This document shows positions 41,266 to 51,945 of a DNA stretch of 64,000 bases, piece by piece (position 1 is the stretch's first letter; every line of letters starts with the position of its first letter). Both the position numbers and the translations under genes were made by a program. Origin of the DNA: a candidate division WOR-3 bacterium (GTDB lineage Bacteria; Hydrothermota; Tepidihabitantia; Tepidihabitantales; Tepidihabitantaceae). Location of the stretch: positions 1 through 64,000 of the forward strand of contig CBFGJX010000006.1 in the NCBI GenBank assembly GCA_965649225.1. The letters are read 5' to 3'. Below the pieces are notes generated by a model. It searched no databases. It was not told where the DNA came from and was given only the letters and a program-made list of their open reading frames with translations.

Positions 41266-42180
41266 CTACTCTTTTGGCGCGGCAGAACCTGTTGACTGGT
41301 CGCGCAGCGCCTCAGCGACAACCGCCAGCGCGCCGACGATGCCCGAGGCCTCGTATGGGACAAAAAGCTTCGTCGCCTTGCCGTCGGCCATGCGAGTCAG
41401 AGCCTCCAGATACTTGATGGCGATCAGGTCCTTGGTCGGATTGCCATTGTGAATCGCGGCAAATACGCGCTCGATTGCCTGCGCCTCACCTTCGGCGACG
41501 GTCAGCAGCTTGAACTTTTCGGCCGTGGCGACCCGCTCGATCGCCTCCGCCTGTCCGGTCGCCTCCAGCACCCGCGCCTGTCGTTCGCCGTCAGCCTTGA
41601 GAATCTGGGCCTGCTTGATGCCCTCGGCCTCCAGGACGGCGGCACGACGGTCGCGCTCGGCCTTCATCTGCCGATGCATTGCCTGCGTGACATCATCGGG
41701 CGGCTCAATCCGCTGCAGTTCAACCCGCGTTACCTTTGCCCCCCATTTGTCAGTTGCCTCATCCAGCACATCACGCAGTCTCATGTTGATGCGCTCCCGT
41801 GATGTCAACGATTCATCGAGGCTGAGGTCACCAATCACATTACGAAGATTGGTCTGGGCGAGCTTGATCGTTGCCAGCCGGAACTGGGCAACGTTGTAAA
41901 GCACCTTGACCGGGTCGGTAACCTCGTAGTAGATAATCGCATCCACCGTCACCGTGGCGTTGTCCTTGGTAATAACTTCCTGGGGCGGCACATCGACGAC
42001 CTGTTCCCGCATATCGACCTTGATCATGCGTTCGATAAACGGCAGGATGAAATTCAAACCCGGCTGAAGGGTCCGCTGGTATCGCCCCAGTCGTTCAACG
42101 CACGCGCGTTCATAGGGACGGACAATCTTGATCCCCAGCAGGGCAAGAAAAAACACGAAAACCAGTATCGCAATGACCAT
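41266..42180 (-). CDS. SPFH/stomatin (QmcA-like) protein
   Basis: [46 protein letters not shown] before ATG 42180. Confidence 0.93.
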   Translation of the reverse strand: MVIAILVFVFFLALLGIKIVRPYERACVERLGRYQRTLQPGLNFILPFIERMIKVDMREQVVDVPPQEVITKDNATVTVDAIIYYEVTDPVKVLYNVAQFRLATIKLAQTNLRNVIGDLSLDESLTSRERINMRLRDVLDEATDKWGAKVTRVELQRIEPPDDVTQAMHRQMKAERDRRAAVLEAEGIKQAQILKADGERQARVLEATGQAEAIERVATAEKFKLLTVAEGEAQAIERVFAAIHNGNPTKDLIAIKYLEALTRMADGKATKLFVPYEASGIVGALAVVAEALRDQSTGSAAPKE

Positions 42181-42620
42181 CACTGGCTCCTTTCCTCGAG
42201 CGGTTCGACTATCAACCGGGTACCGCTGACCGCCGTCACGATGACCTCGGTACCGGCGGCGATCGGTTTTTGGGACTCGGCACGCCATTCCTCGCCCAGC
42301 ACTTTGACTCTGCCGGTTTCGGGCGGTCGGATATCAACTGTAACGATACCCCGGGCCTGCTGCATCCGGTTGGCGCCCACCGGTTCCGGTTCCGGCTTGG
42401 TTATCCGCCGGGCAATCTGCTGAGAAAGCACCACCAGCAGTCCGGACACAACGACAAAAACCCCGAGCTGAACCCAGGGATCGTGCAGGAACAACGCCGC
42501 CAGGCCGGCGGCGATTGCCCCGACTCCAAACCAGACGATAACGAATCCGGGAACCACCATTTCCAGCACCACCAGTGCCAGACCGATGATGAACCAGAGA
42601 GTTGGTGTCATTCGCTCCAC
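42180..42620 (-). CDS. NfeD-like membrane protein (YbbJ family)
   Basis: [29 protein letters not shown]-fold; adjacent to the SPFH gene. Confidence 0.9.
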   Translation of the reverse strand: MERMTPTLWFIIGLALVVLEMVVPGFVIVWFGVGAIAAGLAALFLHDPWVQLGVFVVVSGLLVVLSQQIARRITKPEPEPVGANRMQQARGIVTVDIRPPETGRVKVLGEEWRAESQKPIAAGTEVIVTAVSGTRLIVEPLEERSQ

Positions 42621-42674
42621 GCTTACTCCTTAGCCCGACTCAGGCGGCTGATGATGACCCGACCACGGCTGAAG

Positions 42675-43250
42675 TCAAGCCCTGTCACCGGTCAAGGGAA
42701 AATTCCCCAGGGCGGTGTACTCCGGGCCTTCTGGCCGCAAGACACTCCGGAACAACGTCACTCGTTCAACCGTGAAGCTGCTGCTGGTAAACCGCTGCCC
42801 GACCAGGCTTCGGACATCGGCCGGCGACCGCAGCCGGCCCAAAGTCAGATGCGGACTGAATGGCCGCCGCTCGGGAACGTAACCGATTTTCTGCAGCGAC
42901 TTGCTCAACAAACGCTGCAGGGCACTCAGCTCGGAACGGCCTTCATCGAGTCCGGTCCAGACTACTCTGGCCCGTTCCGGGCTTGGAAACGCCCCCAGTC
43001 CTTCCAGCCGGCAGGCAAAGGGCACAACTGCTGCCACTGTGGCTGCAGCGAGTTCGCCGGCACGACTAACCGTCATCTCCGGCAGCTCACCCAGAAAAAC
43101 CAAAGTCAGATGCATGATTTCCGGTTTCACCCAGCGCACGACCGTACCGGACTGACGGCGCAGGTCAACCAGCAATCCTGCCAGTTCTTGCCGGACAACT
43201 GCCGGAATCTCCACCGCCACAAAAACCCGCCAGCAGTTCATCGCCGACAA
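42675..43250 (-). CDS. thpR: RNA 2',3'-cyclic phosphodiesterase (2H family)
   Basis: RVFVAV, MHLTLVFLG, GAFP, FSPHLTLGR, SVL..EGPEY. Confidence 0.93.
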   Translation of the reverse strand: MSAMNCWRVFVAVEIPAVVRQELAGLLVDLRRQSGTVVRWVKPEIMHLTLVFLGELPEMTVSRAGELAAATVAAVVPFACRLEGLGAFPSPERARVVWTGLDEGRSELSALQRLLSKSLQKIGYVPERRPFSPHLTLGRLRSPADVRSLVGQRFTSSSFTVERVTLFRSVLRPEGPEYTALGNFPLTGDRA

Positions 43251-44482
43251 TCCGCAATCACCCGTCGAAGCAAATCCAGCGCGGCGGCGGCGCTGCGCTC
43301 TTTGACCATTCGCCGATTGCCGTTGTGCAGCCAGCGTTCCGTCCGCACCCGTCCTCGCCAGCAGACAGCCAGCCAGACCAGCCCGATGGGTTTGGTTTTC
43401 GAGCCACCGGTCGGACCGGCAATACCAGTGGTCGCCACTGCCACATCAGAGTTCAGCACTCGACACGCTCCCCGCGCCATCTGGGCAGCAACGGTCCGGC
43501 TGACGGCGCCGTAACGCCGCAGCGATTCAGCCCTCACCCCGAGCACCTGTTTCTTGACATCATTCGAATAGGCAATCAGTCCGCCCCGGAAGTAGCGGGA
43601 ACTGCCGGCAACATCGGTCAACCGGTCAGCAACCAGCCCGCCGGTGCAGGATTCAGCCGTTCCGACCGTCAGCCCGAGACGACCGAGGTTGTCGCCGACG
43701 ACCTCCTCGAGCCGACGTTCCCCGATTTCGTAGACACTGCTGGTCAGACGCCGTGCGATTGCGGCCGCACACCGCCGCACCCTCGCCTTGTCGGTGCCAC
43801 TCAAGACGATGTCAACCCCGCTCGTCGCCGGATACCACCCGGCGACAACTCCGTGCTGTCGCCGGATGAGCGGAGCGAGCTGTTGTGCCAGCACTGACTC
43901 GGGCCGGCCGGTGGTTCGGACAACAATTCGGTGCTGCGGCCTGAGCCCGAGATGGAAAGAAATCCGCTGAATTGCTGTGGGCAGAATGCTCTCAAGCTCT
44001 TCCGGGACTCCGGGCAGCAACAGAACTGTCTTGCCACTCAGACCAAGCATCATCCCCGGTGCCATTCCGACCGGATTCACAAACACTTCTGCGCCCGCAA
44101 CAATCCGGGCCTGCCGCGCCGCAATGGCCGGCATCCTGACACCCCGGCGCCGGAAGAGTTTTTGCACCCGGGCAAGGGTCGGCCGGTGGACAACAACCGG
44201 CCGTTCCAGTGCTGCCGCCACCGCATCAACCGTCCGGTCGTCATCGGTCGGCCCGAGCCCGCCGGAAACAATCACCACCTGCGAACGCCCCAGTGCCGCC
44301 TTCAACTCCGCCCCGATTGCCTTGTAGTCGTCGGGCAGATGTGTCGTCCGTCGCAGCCGTAGCCCTCGTTCGGCCAGAACTCGACCGACGAAAGCACTGT
44401 TGGTATCGGCGGTACGCCCATTCAGGAGCTCATCGCCGACTGCCAGCATTTCAACCGGCGGCGACTTCCGACTCTCAGGCAT
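43238..44482 (-). CDS. cinA: Competence/damage-inducible protein A (MoCF-like + NMN deamidase PncC)
   Basis: GDELLNG..DTNS, GGLGPTDDD, PGVPEE, AESCTGG, YGAVS, TGIAGPTGG. Confidence 0.95.
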   Translation of the reverse strand: MPESRKSPPVEMLAVGDELLNGRTADTNSAFVGRVLAERGLRLRRTTHLPDDYKAIGAELKAALGRSQVVIVSGGLGPTDDDRTVDAVAAALERPVVVHRPTLARVQKLFRRRGVRMPAIAARQARIVAGAEVFVNPVGMAPGMMLGLSGKTVLLLPGVPEELESILPTAIQRISFHLGLRPQHRIVVRTTGRPESVLAQQLAPLIRRQHGVVAGWYPATSGVDIVLSGTDKARVRRCAAAIARRLTSSVYEIGERRLEEVVGDNLGRLGLTVGTAESCTGGLVADRLTDVAGSSRYFRGGLIAYSNDVKKQVLGVRAESLRRYGAVSRTVAAQMARGACRVLNSDVAVATTGIAGPTGGSKTKPIGLVWLAVCWRGRVRTERWLHNGNRRMVKERSAAAALDLLRRVIADCRR

Positions 44483-45014
44483 ATCGCAACAACGGCACCA
44501 GCGCCAGCGCCAGGCGCAGAGTCAGATTGGCACAGACCCCGGCAAGCAGGTCATCGGTCATCACACCCCAGCCACCGGGCAGACGCTGTGACCGGTCAAC
44601 AAACGGCAGCTTGACGACGTCAAAAAACCGCCAGATGAGGAAACCGGCACCGAGTCCCCAGAGCGATACCGGGTTAAAAAGGAAGGTCACCAGCGTGCCC
44701 ACCACTTCGTCCAGCGTGACCGGGTGTGGGTCCCGGCCCCAGAAACCCTCAAGATAGCCGGCGATTGGCACGCCGGCAAAAAACAGCCCGACAATCAGGG
44801 CTGTCGCCAGCAGTGGTTGCCGGGCAAGAAAGTAGCCGGGCACGAGCATCAACAGACTGGTGAAACTTGCCGGAGCAAAAGGGAAGAAACCACTGCCCAG
44901 CGCAGTCCCGATGGCAGCGGCAAAGACAAAGCGCGCCCCCCGGGCGCGGGGGCGCGGCGCCTTGTCGATGGAATCGTTTAACGACGGCGTTTGCTCGGGA
45001 AGCGCTGCTCCCAT
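44475..45014 (-). CDS. pgpA: Phosphatidylglycerophosphatase A
   Basis: GSGFFPFAP, DP..VTLDEVVG, RFFDVVK, GGWGVMTDD..AG. Confidence 0.92.
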   Translation of the reverse strand: MGAALPEQTPSLNDSIDKAPRPRARGARFVFAAAIGTALGSGFFPFAPASFTSLLMLVPGYFLARQPLLATALIVGLFFAGVPIAGYLEGFWGRDPHPVTLDEVVGTLVTFLFNPVSLWGLGAGFLIWRFFDVVKLPFVDRSQRLPGGWGVMTDDLLAGVCANLTLRLALALVPLLRYA

Positions 45015-45880
45015 TCGACAACAAAATTGGCCACGACAAAAACCGATGAATAGGTACCAATCAACAGCCCGACGGTAAGCACCAGGGCGAAATCCTTGAT
45101 GCTCGCGGCACCAAAGACCAGCAGGGCAACCGAAACGAACAAGGTTGTTGCGGCGGTAATCACCGTTCGGCTGAGCGTCTGATTGATTGCCGCGTTGCAG
45201 ACATCGGCAAACGATTCCTTGCGCATCTTGCGGACATCCTCGCGGATACGGTCGGAAACGACGATCGAGTCATTTACCGAGTAACCGATCACGGTCAACA
45301 CTGCAGCAATCAAGGTCGTCGTCACCTCGCGCCCAAGCGCCGAGACAACCCCCAGGGTGATGGTCGTGTCGTGAATCAATGCCAGCACCGCGCCGAGCCC
45401 GAATCGGAAATCGAACCGGAAACTGACATATATCAGGATACCGACGATGCCCAGCAGAATCGCCAGCAGCACCTTGCCCTGCAGTTCCCGCGAAACCTGC
45501 GGGCCGACCGTATCTTCACTCAGAATCTCAAACCGATTGTCGGGAAACGACTCGGCAAGCTGACGGGAAAGGACTGTCGAGAATGACTCGTTACCGCTGA
45601 ACTCCCGGGCGGCTACCCGGATAATAAAGTCACCCCGCTCATCGCGTTGCAGGCCGGCATTGGCCTCGCCAATGCGGGCCAGCGCTGCCCGCATTGCCTC
45701 GGTCGTTACCGGCTTCTCAAAACGCAGTTGAATGATTGAACCGCCGGTGAAGTCAACTCCATAATTGAATCCGCGCAGGATTATCAGCCCGAGACTGACC
45801 ACAACCAGTGCCGCTGATAGTACGAAAAAGATCCGCCGCTTGCTGACGAAACGAATCTTGGTATCGCCAAACAGTCGCAT
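44978..45880 (-). CDS. secF: Protein translocase subunit SecF
   Basis: GVDFTGG, VGPQVS, ALIHD, GYSVNDSIVVSDRIRE, QTLSRT, GTYSS. Confidence 0.97.
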   Translation of the reverse strand: MRLFGDTKIRFVSKRRIFFVLSAALVVVSLGLIILRGFNYGVDFTGGSIIQLRFEKPVTTEAMRAALARIGEANAGLQRDERGDFIIRVAAREFSGNESFSTVLSRQLAESFPDNRFEILSEDTVGPQVSRELQGKVLLAILLGIVGILIYVSFRFDFRFGLGAVLALIHDTTITLGVVSALGREVTTTLIAAVLTVIGYSVNDSIVVSDRIREDVRKMRKESFADVCNAAINQTLSRTVITAATTLFVSVALLVFGAASIKDFALVLTVGLLIGTYSSVFVVANFVVEWEQRFPSKRRR

Positions 45881-45881
45881 C

Positions 45882-47561
45882 TTATATCCTCAGCTTCCTG
45901 ACCTCAAAGCGAGCTAGCCACCAGTCGAACACCCAGCGGGTCATGAACACAGCGGTGATAACGTTGATCACCAGACCGGCAACGAGCGTGATTGCAAAGC
46001 CGCGAATCGGCCCTGAGCCGACAAAGTAGAGCGCAATCGCGGTAATCACGGTCGTCGCGTTCGCATCGATGATCGTTACCAGCGCCCGGTCATAGCCGGC
46101 GTCCACCGCCGCCATGACGGTCTTGCCCCAGCGTAGTTCTTCTCTTATCCGTTCAAACACCAGCACGTTGGCATCTACCGCCATGCCGACAGTCAAAGCG
46201 ATGCCGGCCAGTCCGGGCAGGGTCAGCGTCGCCCGCAGCCCGGAGAGCACTGCCAGCAGGAAAAGCAGATTGAACACCAGGGCGGCATCTGCCAGGAGTC
46301 CGCCGGTTGAATAGTAGACGAGCATGAATAGCAGCACGGCAACCGCGCCGATAATGATTGCAATGATGCCGCGCCGGATTGAATCGCTGCCCAGCGTCGC
46401 GTCAACCGAACGTTCCTCGACGATCTTCACCGGCGCCGGCAGCGCCCCGGAGCGCAGAACGATCGCGAGGTCACGGGCCTCGTCCGGGTTCACTTCATTG
46501 GTTGTAATCATCGCGTTGCCGTCCGGAATGCGCGTCTGTATCACCGGGGCCGACTTCACGACGCCATCAAGCACGATCGCCAGCCGCCGGCCGATATTAC
46601 GGCCGGTGACCTGGGCGAATGTTGCGGCATCCTTGCGGCCAAGCTTGAGGCTGACGATCCAGGTGTTTGACAACCCCGGTTCCGACCCCTGATACGGCGC
46701 CGGACGGGCGTCCTTGATTGCCGAACCAAGCATCTCCGGCTCTGCCTTCAACACGTAGAGCCGACGCACTGTTCGATTCTCATGCCGTTCCGCCGGCCCG
46801 AAAAGCAGCTCAAAACCCTCGGGCCAGAATTGACGCGACCGTTCATAAAGCCGCCGGAACTCCGGCAGATCAGCCTCTTCAACCCCGAAGTCTCCCCCGA
46901 CCGTCTGAATGTAGGAGAGGAAACTGCCGGCTTCAGCCGAGTCACCGATCGCTGCCGGTCCGGTATCGCTGGTCACAGGCCTAGCCAGCGAATCGCCCGA
47001 CGTAGCCGCCCCGTCGCCGGCACCACTCTTCAGCCGTTCATCGATAGTCTTGAAGACATCGTAGGCGACCCGCTCTTCAGCGACCAGTTGAAACTTCAGC
47101 TGCGCGGTCTGACCAATCAGCGCCTTTGCCCGCTCGCGATCAACCCCGGGCAGCTGAATCAATATCCGGTCCTGGCCGGTCTTCTGAATCACCGGCTCGA
47201 ACACTCCGAACTCGTCAATACGGTTGCGGATAACTTCGAGAGCACGGTCACCGGCATCGCGGGCGTCATCACCACTGAGCCCGGTTTTGTCGACCTCCAG
47301 TACCAGATGCATGCCGCCGACAAGGTCAAGTCCGAGATGCAGCGCCCGTTTATGTACCGCCGCCTTCTGATTCTCAAGTCGTGCCATCTCGGCCAGAACC
47401 TCGGCACTGTCGCTGCGACTGGTGGCACGGCCGAGTTTGGCCACCAGTGCCTGCTCCTGTTTGGGAAGCTGGAAATAGAGTCGGTAAGTGGGAACGAGCG
47501 CCCAGACCGCCAGCACCAGCGCCACGGCAATCACCGCGAACTTTACTCGTGCGCCTCTCAA
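45882..47561 (-). CDS. secD: Protein translocase subunit SecD
   Basis: LGLDLVGG, RIDEFGVFEP, LRSGALP, TLPGLAGI, GMAVDANVLVFERIREE, DANATT. Confidence 0.97.
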   Translation of the reverse strand: MRGARVKFAVIAVALVLAVWALVPTYRLYFQLPKQEQALVAKLGRATSRSDSAEVLAEMARLENQKAAVHKRALHLGLDLVGGMHLVLEVDKTGLSGDDARDAGDRALEVIRNRIDEFGVFEPVIQKTGQDRILIQLPGVDRERAKALIGQTAQLKFQLVAEERVAYDVFKTIDERLKSGAGDGAATSGDSLARPVTSDTGPAAIGDSAEAGSFLSYIQTVGGDFGVEEADLPEFRRLYERSRQFWPEGFELLFGPAERHENRTVRRLYVLKAEPEMLGSAIKDARPAPYQGSEPGLSNTWIVSLKLGRKDAATFAQVTGRNIGRRLAIVLDGVVKSAPVIQTRIPDGNAMITTNEVNPDEARDLAIVLRSGALPAPVKIVEERSVDATLGSDSIRRGIIAIIIGAVAVLLFMLVYYSTGGLLADAALVFNLLFLLAVLSGLRATLTLPGLAGIALTVGMAVDANVLVFERIREELRWGKTVMAAVDAGYDRALVTIIDANATTVITAIALYFVGSGPIRGFAITLVAGLVINVITAVFMTRWVFDWWLARFEVRKLRI

Positions 47562-48274
47562 GAATAAACCTCCATTATCCGTTTCATTTCGGCTACCGCC
47601 GCCGTCAATCCGACATAGACCGACCGCGCGACGATCGCAAAACCGATACTGTAACCATCAGCAAAACCTGCCGCAAGAATCGGCACGACGTTACGATAGT
47701 TCAGGCCGTGGCCGACAAAAACCTCAAGTCCCTTTTCGCGGGCGACAGTTGCCGCCTCAACCAACCGATTGAGCTCGCCGGCAGAGTTACGTCCGGCCCG
47801 GCTGTAACGGTCGGTGTTGAGCTCGACACCGGTGGCACCGCAATCGGCCGCAGCAGCAACCTGCCGACCGACCGGATCGACAAAAACCGCCACCCTGCTG
47901 CCGCTCCGGCGCAGACGGCCAACCACTGTTCGCAGCCCGGCGCCGGCAGCAACAACATCCAGCCCGCCGGTAGTCGTTACCTCAGTACGTACCTCCGGTA
48001 CCAGTGTTACGGCATCGGGCCGGATCCGGGCCATCAGGCGAACCATCGCTTCGGTTGCCGCCATCTCCACCGTCAGTTCCGTCGTTACCGTCCGGCGCAG
48101 CAGTTCGACATCCCGATCGTTGATGTGACGCCGGTCGGCACGAAGATGGACCGTTATGCCGTCAGCCCCGCCCAGTTCAACAAAAGCCGCCGCCTGCACC
48201 GGGTCGGGAAAAGCCTCCCGGCGCGCCTGGCGCAAGGTTGCAACATGGTCAATATTGACCGAAAGGTGGGGCAC
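47558..48274 (-). CDS. pdxJ: Pyridoxine 5'-phosphate synthase
   Basis: SVNIDHVATLRQAR, ITVHLRADRRHI, VTLVPE, TTTGGL, GHGLNY; start GTG 48274 after TTGACT-17-TAGAAT. Confidence 0.96.
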   Translation of the reverse strand: MPHLSVNIDHVATLRQARREAFPDPVQAAAFVELGGADGITVHLRADRRHINDRDVELLRRTVTTELTVEMAATEAMVRLMARIRPDAVTLVPEVRTEVTTTGGLDVVAAGAGLRTVVGRLRRSGSRVAVFVDPVGRQVAAAADCGATGVELNTDRYSRAGRNSAGELNRLVEAATVAREKGLEVFVGHGLNYRNVVPILAAGFADGYSIGFAIVARSVYVGLTAAVAEMKRIMEVYS

Positions 48275-48391
48275 AATGAAGCGCATTCTAGAAGCGTTCA
48301 GCGTAAAAGTCAAGGCAGAGCGCCGGCGGAGTCGGGATTGCAGTCGCAGTTTCAGGCAGTTATAATTCCTTTTACCCGAAAGGAGCCTGCG

Positions 48392-49297
48392 ATGCTGCGC
48401 ACCAACTCCGACCGTGTCGTCAAGCTGTCAGTCCAGGGCCGGGTATCTTACCCCTCGGGTCGCCGCGGCTATGCGGTTGACGCCGAAGGCCGGCCGTTCA
48501 TGCTGCCCGGCATCGGCGGCATCTGCTACAACGTCCGCGTCGGCGACCCGGCCTTCGGCTGGGCCGGTGACCACATCGAACCCGGAGTCTCCACCTGTGT
48601 TGACCCGGAAAAGCGAATGGACCCGGCCAACACCTCCTACCACTTCTATTCCTGCGTCGGCAACGAAGTGCGGGTCGTCTCCGGCGATGCCAAGGGCGCC
48701 CGCGGCGTCGTTACCGGCCACCACGGCGGGGCCGAACACGTACTGGTGGACTTTCCGCCCGCAGTCCTGAACAAGCTGACCCTCGACGACAAGTTTCTGG
48801 TGATGGCCTGGGGTCAGGGATTGAAACTGCTCGACTACCCCGATGTTCACGTCACCAATCTCGATCCGGACCTGCTCCAGAAAATGGGCATCCGGCCCCT
48901 CAAAGACGGCCGACTGCAGGTACCGGTTGCCGCAGTCATACCCGGTTATCTGATGGGGTCGGGCGTCGGCTCGACCTCCATGGGCACCGGTGATTACGAT
49001 GTGATGACCACCGACCGCGCCGAGATTGCCCGGCTCGGCCTCGATCGCCTCCGTTTCGGCGATTTCGTCGCCATCACCGACCACGACAATATCTACGGCC
49101 GCAGCTGGCGCAAGGGGGCTGTAACCATCGGCATCGTCATTCACTCCGACTGTCTCGTCGCCGGTCACGGGCCGGGCATCACGACGCTGTTATCATCGTC
49201 CCGCCCCCTGCTGGTGCCGCAACTCGACCGTCGGGCCAACATTGCCGACATACTGCACATCGGCACCGGTCGGACAAAAAAGGCTGCTCGCCGGTGA
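48392..49297 (+). CDS. DUF4438 (TM1086-like) protein
   Basis: MLRTN, LPGIGGICYNV.VGD, GDHIEPGVS, GHHGGAEH, HSDC..AGHGPG; AGGAG plus TTGCAG-17-TATAAT upstream; true start lies inside the 47381 ORF. Confidence 0.87.
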   Translation: MLRTNSDRVVKLSVQGRVSYPSGRRGYAVDAEGRPFMLPGIGGICYNVRVGDPAFGWAGDHIEPGVSTCVDPEKRMDPANTSYHFYSCVGNEVRVVSGDAKGARGVVTGHHGGAEHVLVDFPPAVLNKLTLDDKFLVMAWGQGLKLLDYPDVHVTNLDPDLLQKMGIRPLKDGRLQVPVAAVIPGYLMGSGVGSTSMGTGDYDVMTTDRAEIARLGLDRLRFGDFVAITDHDNIYGRSWRKGAVTIGIVIHSDCLVAGHGPGITTLLSSSRPLLVPQLDRRANIADILHIGTGRTKKAARR

Positions 49298-49337
49298 CCG
49301 CCTTGACCGCCGAAGCCGCCAAAGTATCATTATTGTT

Positions 49338-49793
49338 GTGATTCAAGGAGTTCGACTCAAGGCTCTCTGCCGCATCCCTGACGAACGCGGGATGGTAATG
49401 GAGATTCTCCGTGCTGACGACGAGCTGTTTGAAAAATTCGGCCAGGTTTACCTCTCGCTGGTCTATCCCGGAGTCGTCAAAGGCTGGCATGCCCACCGCA
49501 TCCAGACCGACAATTTCGCTATCATCCGGGGTATGGCCAAGGTCGTCCTCTACGATGGCCGTGCCGACTCGCCCACCCGCGGCGAAGTAATGGAACTGTT
49601 TCTCGGCGAGCAGAATCCTCAGCTCGTCCAGATTCCCCCCGGTGTCATCCACGGCATGAAGGGTATCGGCACCAAGACCGCCTGGATGTTGAACATTCCG
49701 ACCGAACCCTACAATCACCAGTCGCCGGATGAAGTCCGCCGGCCGCCTGACGACCCGGCGATCCCCTACGACTGGCGGCTCAAACAACGGTGA
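49338..49793 (+). CDS. rfbC: dTDP-4-dehydrorhamnose 3,5-epimerase family cupin
   Basis: [33 protein letters not shown] 49338 fits TTGACC-16-TATCAT-7. Confidence 0.85.
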   Translation: MIQGVRLKALCRIPDERGMVMEILRADDELFEKFGQVYLSLVYPGVVKGWHAHRIQTDNFAIIRGMAKVVLYDGRADSPTRGEVMELFLGEQNPQLVQIPPGVIHGMKGIGTKTAWMLNIPTEPYNHQSPDEVRRPPDDPAIPYDWRLKQR

Positions 49794-51052
49794 AAAAGAC
49801 CTCCCCGACTGCCCGCCGTGCCGGCGGCTTTGCCACCGTCGATGCCGCCGTCGCCGACATTCGCGCCGGGCGACTGGTTATTGTCACCGACGACGAAGCG
49901 CGCGAAAACGAGGGCGACCTCGTCTGCGCGGCGGCGAAAATCACCCCCGACAAGGTCAACTTCATGACCCGCTACGGCCGCGGTCTGGTCTGCGTTGCGC
50001 TCACCCCGGAACGATGCGCTGCCCTGCGCCTGACGCCCCAGAGCGAAGGCAACACCGCTCTGCACGGCACCGCCTTCACCGTCTCGGTTGACGCCATCCG
50101 CGGCACGACAACCGGCATCTCCGCCCGCGACCGGGCAATCACCATCAAGGCGCTGGTCGATCCCCGCACCCGTCCCGACGACCTCGCCCGTCCCGGCCAC
50201 GTCTTCCCGCTGGTTGCTGCCGACGGCGGGGTACTGGTACGCGCCGGCCACACCGAGGCCGCGGTTGACCTGGCCCGTCTGGCCGGCCTGGAGCCGGCCG
50301 GTGTGTTGTGTGAAATCATGGCTGACGACGGTTCAATGGCCCGCCTGCCCGAGCTGCGACGGCTGGCCCGCCGGTTCCAGCTCAAGATTGTCACCATCCG
50401 CGACCTGATTGCCGCCCGCCGCCGCAGTGAACTGCTGGTACGGCGCATCGTTGAAACCAACCTGCCGACCAAGTACGGTGAGTTCCGCTGTATCGTCTAT
50501 GAAGAAGTCGCCGAACCCTATGCCCATCTCGCACTGGTGCGCGGCGAAGTCCGCGGCCGGGAACGGGTCCTGGTACGGGTTCATTCCCAGTGTCTTACCG
50601 GCGACGTGCTGCACTCCCTGCGCTGCGACTGCGGCGCCCAGCTCGACCAGGCGCTACGACTGATTGCCCGTGAAGGCCGGGGCGTACTGCTTTACATGCG
50701 TCAGGAAGGTCGCGGCATCGGCATCGCCAACAAACTGCGCGCCTACGCCCTGCAGGACCGCGGGCTCGACACTGTCCAGGCCAATCTGGCGCTGGGCTTC
50801 GCCCCCGACCTGCGCGACTACGGCATCGGTGCCCAGATTCTCGCCGACCTCGGGCTGACCAGCATCCGGCTGCTGACCAACAACCCGCGCAAGATTGTCG
50901 GGCTGCGCGGCTTCGGGCTTGAAGTCGTCGAGCGCGTACCGATCGTCGTCCGACCCGGGCGACGCAACATCCGCTATCTGGTGACCAAGCGCGACCGGCT
51001 CGGCCACCTGCTGGGCGATATTGAGAAAGGAGTCACCATTGGAGACAGCTGA
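49790..51052 (+). CDS. ribBA: DHBP synthase / GTP cyclohydrolase II
   Basis: [57 protein letters not shown]. Confidence 0.97.
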   Translation: MKKTSPTARRAGGFATVDAAVADIRAGRLVIVTDDEARENEGDLVCAAAKITPDKVNFMTRYGRGLVCVALTPERCAALRLTPQSEGNTALHGTAFTVSVDAIRGTTTGISARDRAITIKALVDPRTRPDDLARPGHVFPLVAADGGVLVRAGHTEAAVDLARLAGLEPAGVLCEIMADDGSMARLPELRRLARRFQLKIVTIRDLIAARRRSELLVRRIVETNLPTKYGEFRCIVYEEVAEPYAHLALVRGEVRGRERVLVRVHSQCLTGDVLHSLRCDCGAQLDQALRLIAREGRGVLLYMRQEGRGIGIANKLRAYALQDRGLDTVQANLALGFAPDLRDYGIGAQILADLGLTSIRLLTNNPRKIVGLRGFGLEVVERVPIVVRPGRRNIRYLVTKRDRLGHLLGDIEKGVTIGDS

Positions 51053-51503
51053 ATACAAAGGCAAACTCGACGCCACCGGCAAACGATTCGCACTGGTGGT
51101 GGCCCGCTTCAACGAACTGGTCAGCCGCCAGTTGCGCGACGGTGCGCTGGACTGTCTGGAACGTCACAATGCCCGCAGCGCCGCGGTCTGGTGGGTAGCC
51201 GGTGCCTGGGAGATTGCACCGGTTGCGCTTCGGCTCGCCCGTTCCGGCCGGTTCGATGCAATAATTGCGCTGGGCGCCGTCATTCGCGGTGACACTCCGC
51301 ATGCCGAGTACATCTCCACCGAAGTCGCCAAAGGCCTGGCCCACGTCTGGCTGGAAACCGGCGTCCCGGCCGCCTTCGGCATCATCACCGCTGACACACT
51401 CGAGCAGGCGCTGGAACGAGCCGGCGCCAAGGCCGGCAACAAGGGCTGGACCGCCGCCCAGTCGGCGATCGAGATGGTCAGCCTGGCGGGAGAAATCGGC
51501 TAG
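51039..51503 (+). CDS. ribH: 6,7-dimethyl-8-ribityllumazine synthase
   Basis: [42 protein letters not shown] before TTG 51039. Confidence 0.95.
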   Translation: METAEYKGKLDATGKRFALVVARFNELVSRQLRDGALDCLERHNARSAAVWWVAGAWEIAPVALRLARSGRFDAIIALGAVIRGDTPHAEYISTEVAKGLAHVWLETGVPAAFGIITADTLEQALERAGAKAGNKGWTAAQSAIEMVSLAGEIG

Positions 51504-51513
51504 CAGCATAACG

Positions 51514-51945
51514 ATGACCAGTCGGCGCATAGCGCGCGAATGTGCGCTTGAAACCCTCTACCGGCATGAACTGGTCGGCGACGACCCCGATGCGGTCATG
51601 GACGAAATCCTCAGTCGCAAGAACCCCTCACGCGAAGCCGAAGATTACCTGCGCCGGATTGTCAACGCGGTCCTCGACAACCAGCCGGCGATCGATTCCC
51701 TGCTCCGGCGTCATCTGCGCCGCTGGCGGCTGGAGCGGCTGACCGCGCTCGACCGCGCCACGCTGCGAATTGCCGCGGCCGAGCTGTCGCTGTTTGACGA
51801 CGTGCCGCCGCTGGTGATCATCAACGAGGCGGTTGAAATCGCCAAAAAGTTCGGCGATGACAATGCCGGTCGGTTTGTCAACGGCGTTCTCGACAGTGTC
51901 TATCGCGAAACCCGGCCCGATTCAAAACTGGAGACTAACCCCTGA
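51514..51945 (+). CDS. nusB: Transcription antitermination factor NusB
   Basis: RRIARECALETLY, WRLERL..LDR, VIINEAVEIAKKFG, FVNGVLD. Confidence 0.95.
   Translation: MTSRRIARECALETLYRHELVGDDPDAVMDEILSRKNPSREAEDYLRRIVNAVLDNQPAIDSLLRRHLRRWRLERLTALDRATLRIAAAELSLFDDVPPLVIINEAVEIAKKFGDDNAGRFVNGVLDSVYRETRPDSKLETNP

Noticed and set aside
39143..41295. Long plus-strand ORFs (451, 284 and 326 aa)
   Set aside because: Antisense to the P-type ATPase; low-complexity shadows typical of GC-rich DNA.
42270..43514. 414-aa plus-strand ORF
   Set aside because: Antisense to nfeD, thpR and cinA, all of which have clear family motifs.
47381..48391. N-terminal 337 codons of the 638-aa plus-strand ORF
   Set aside because: Antisense shadow of pdxJ/secD; the real gene starts at ATG 48392 after a promoter and AGGAG.
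49298..49790. FMN riboswitch upstream of ribBA
   Set aside because: ribBA overlaps rfbC, rfbC appears leaderless, and no RFN consensus is present.
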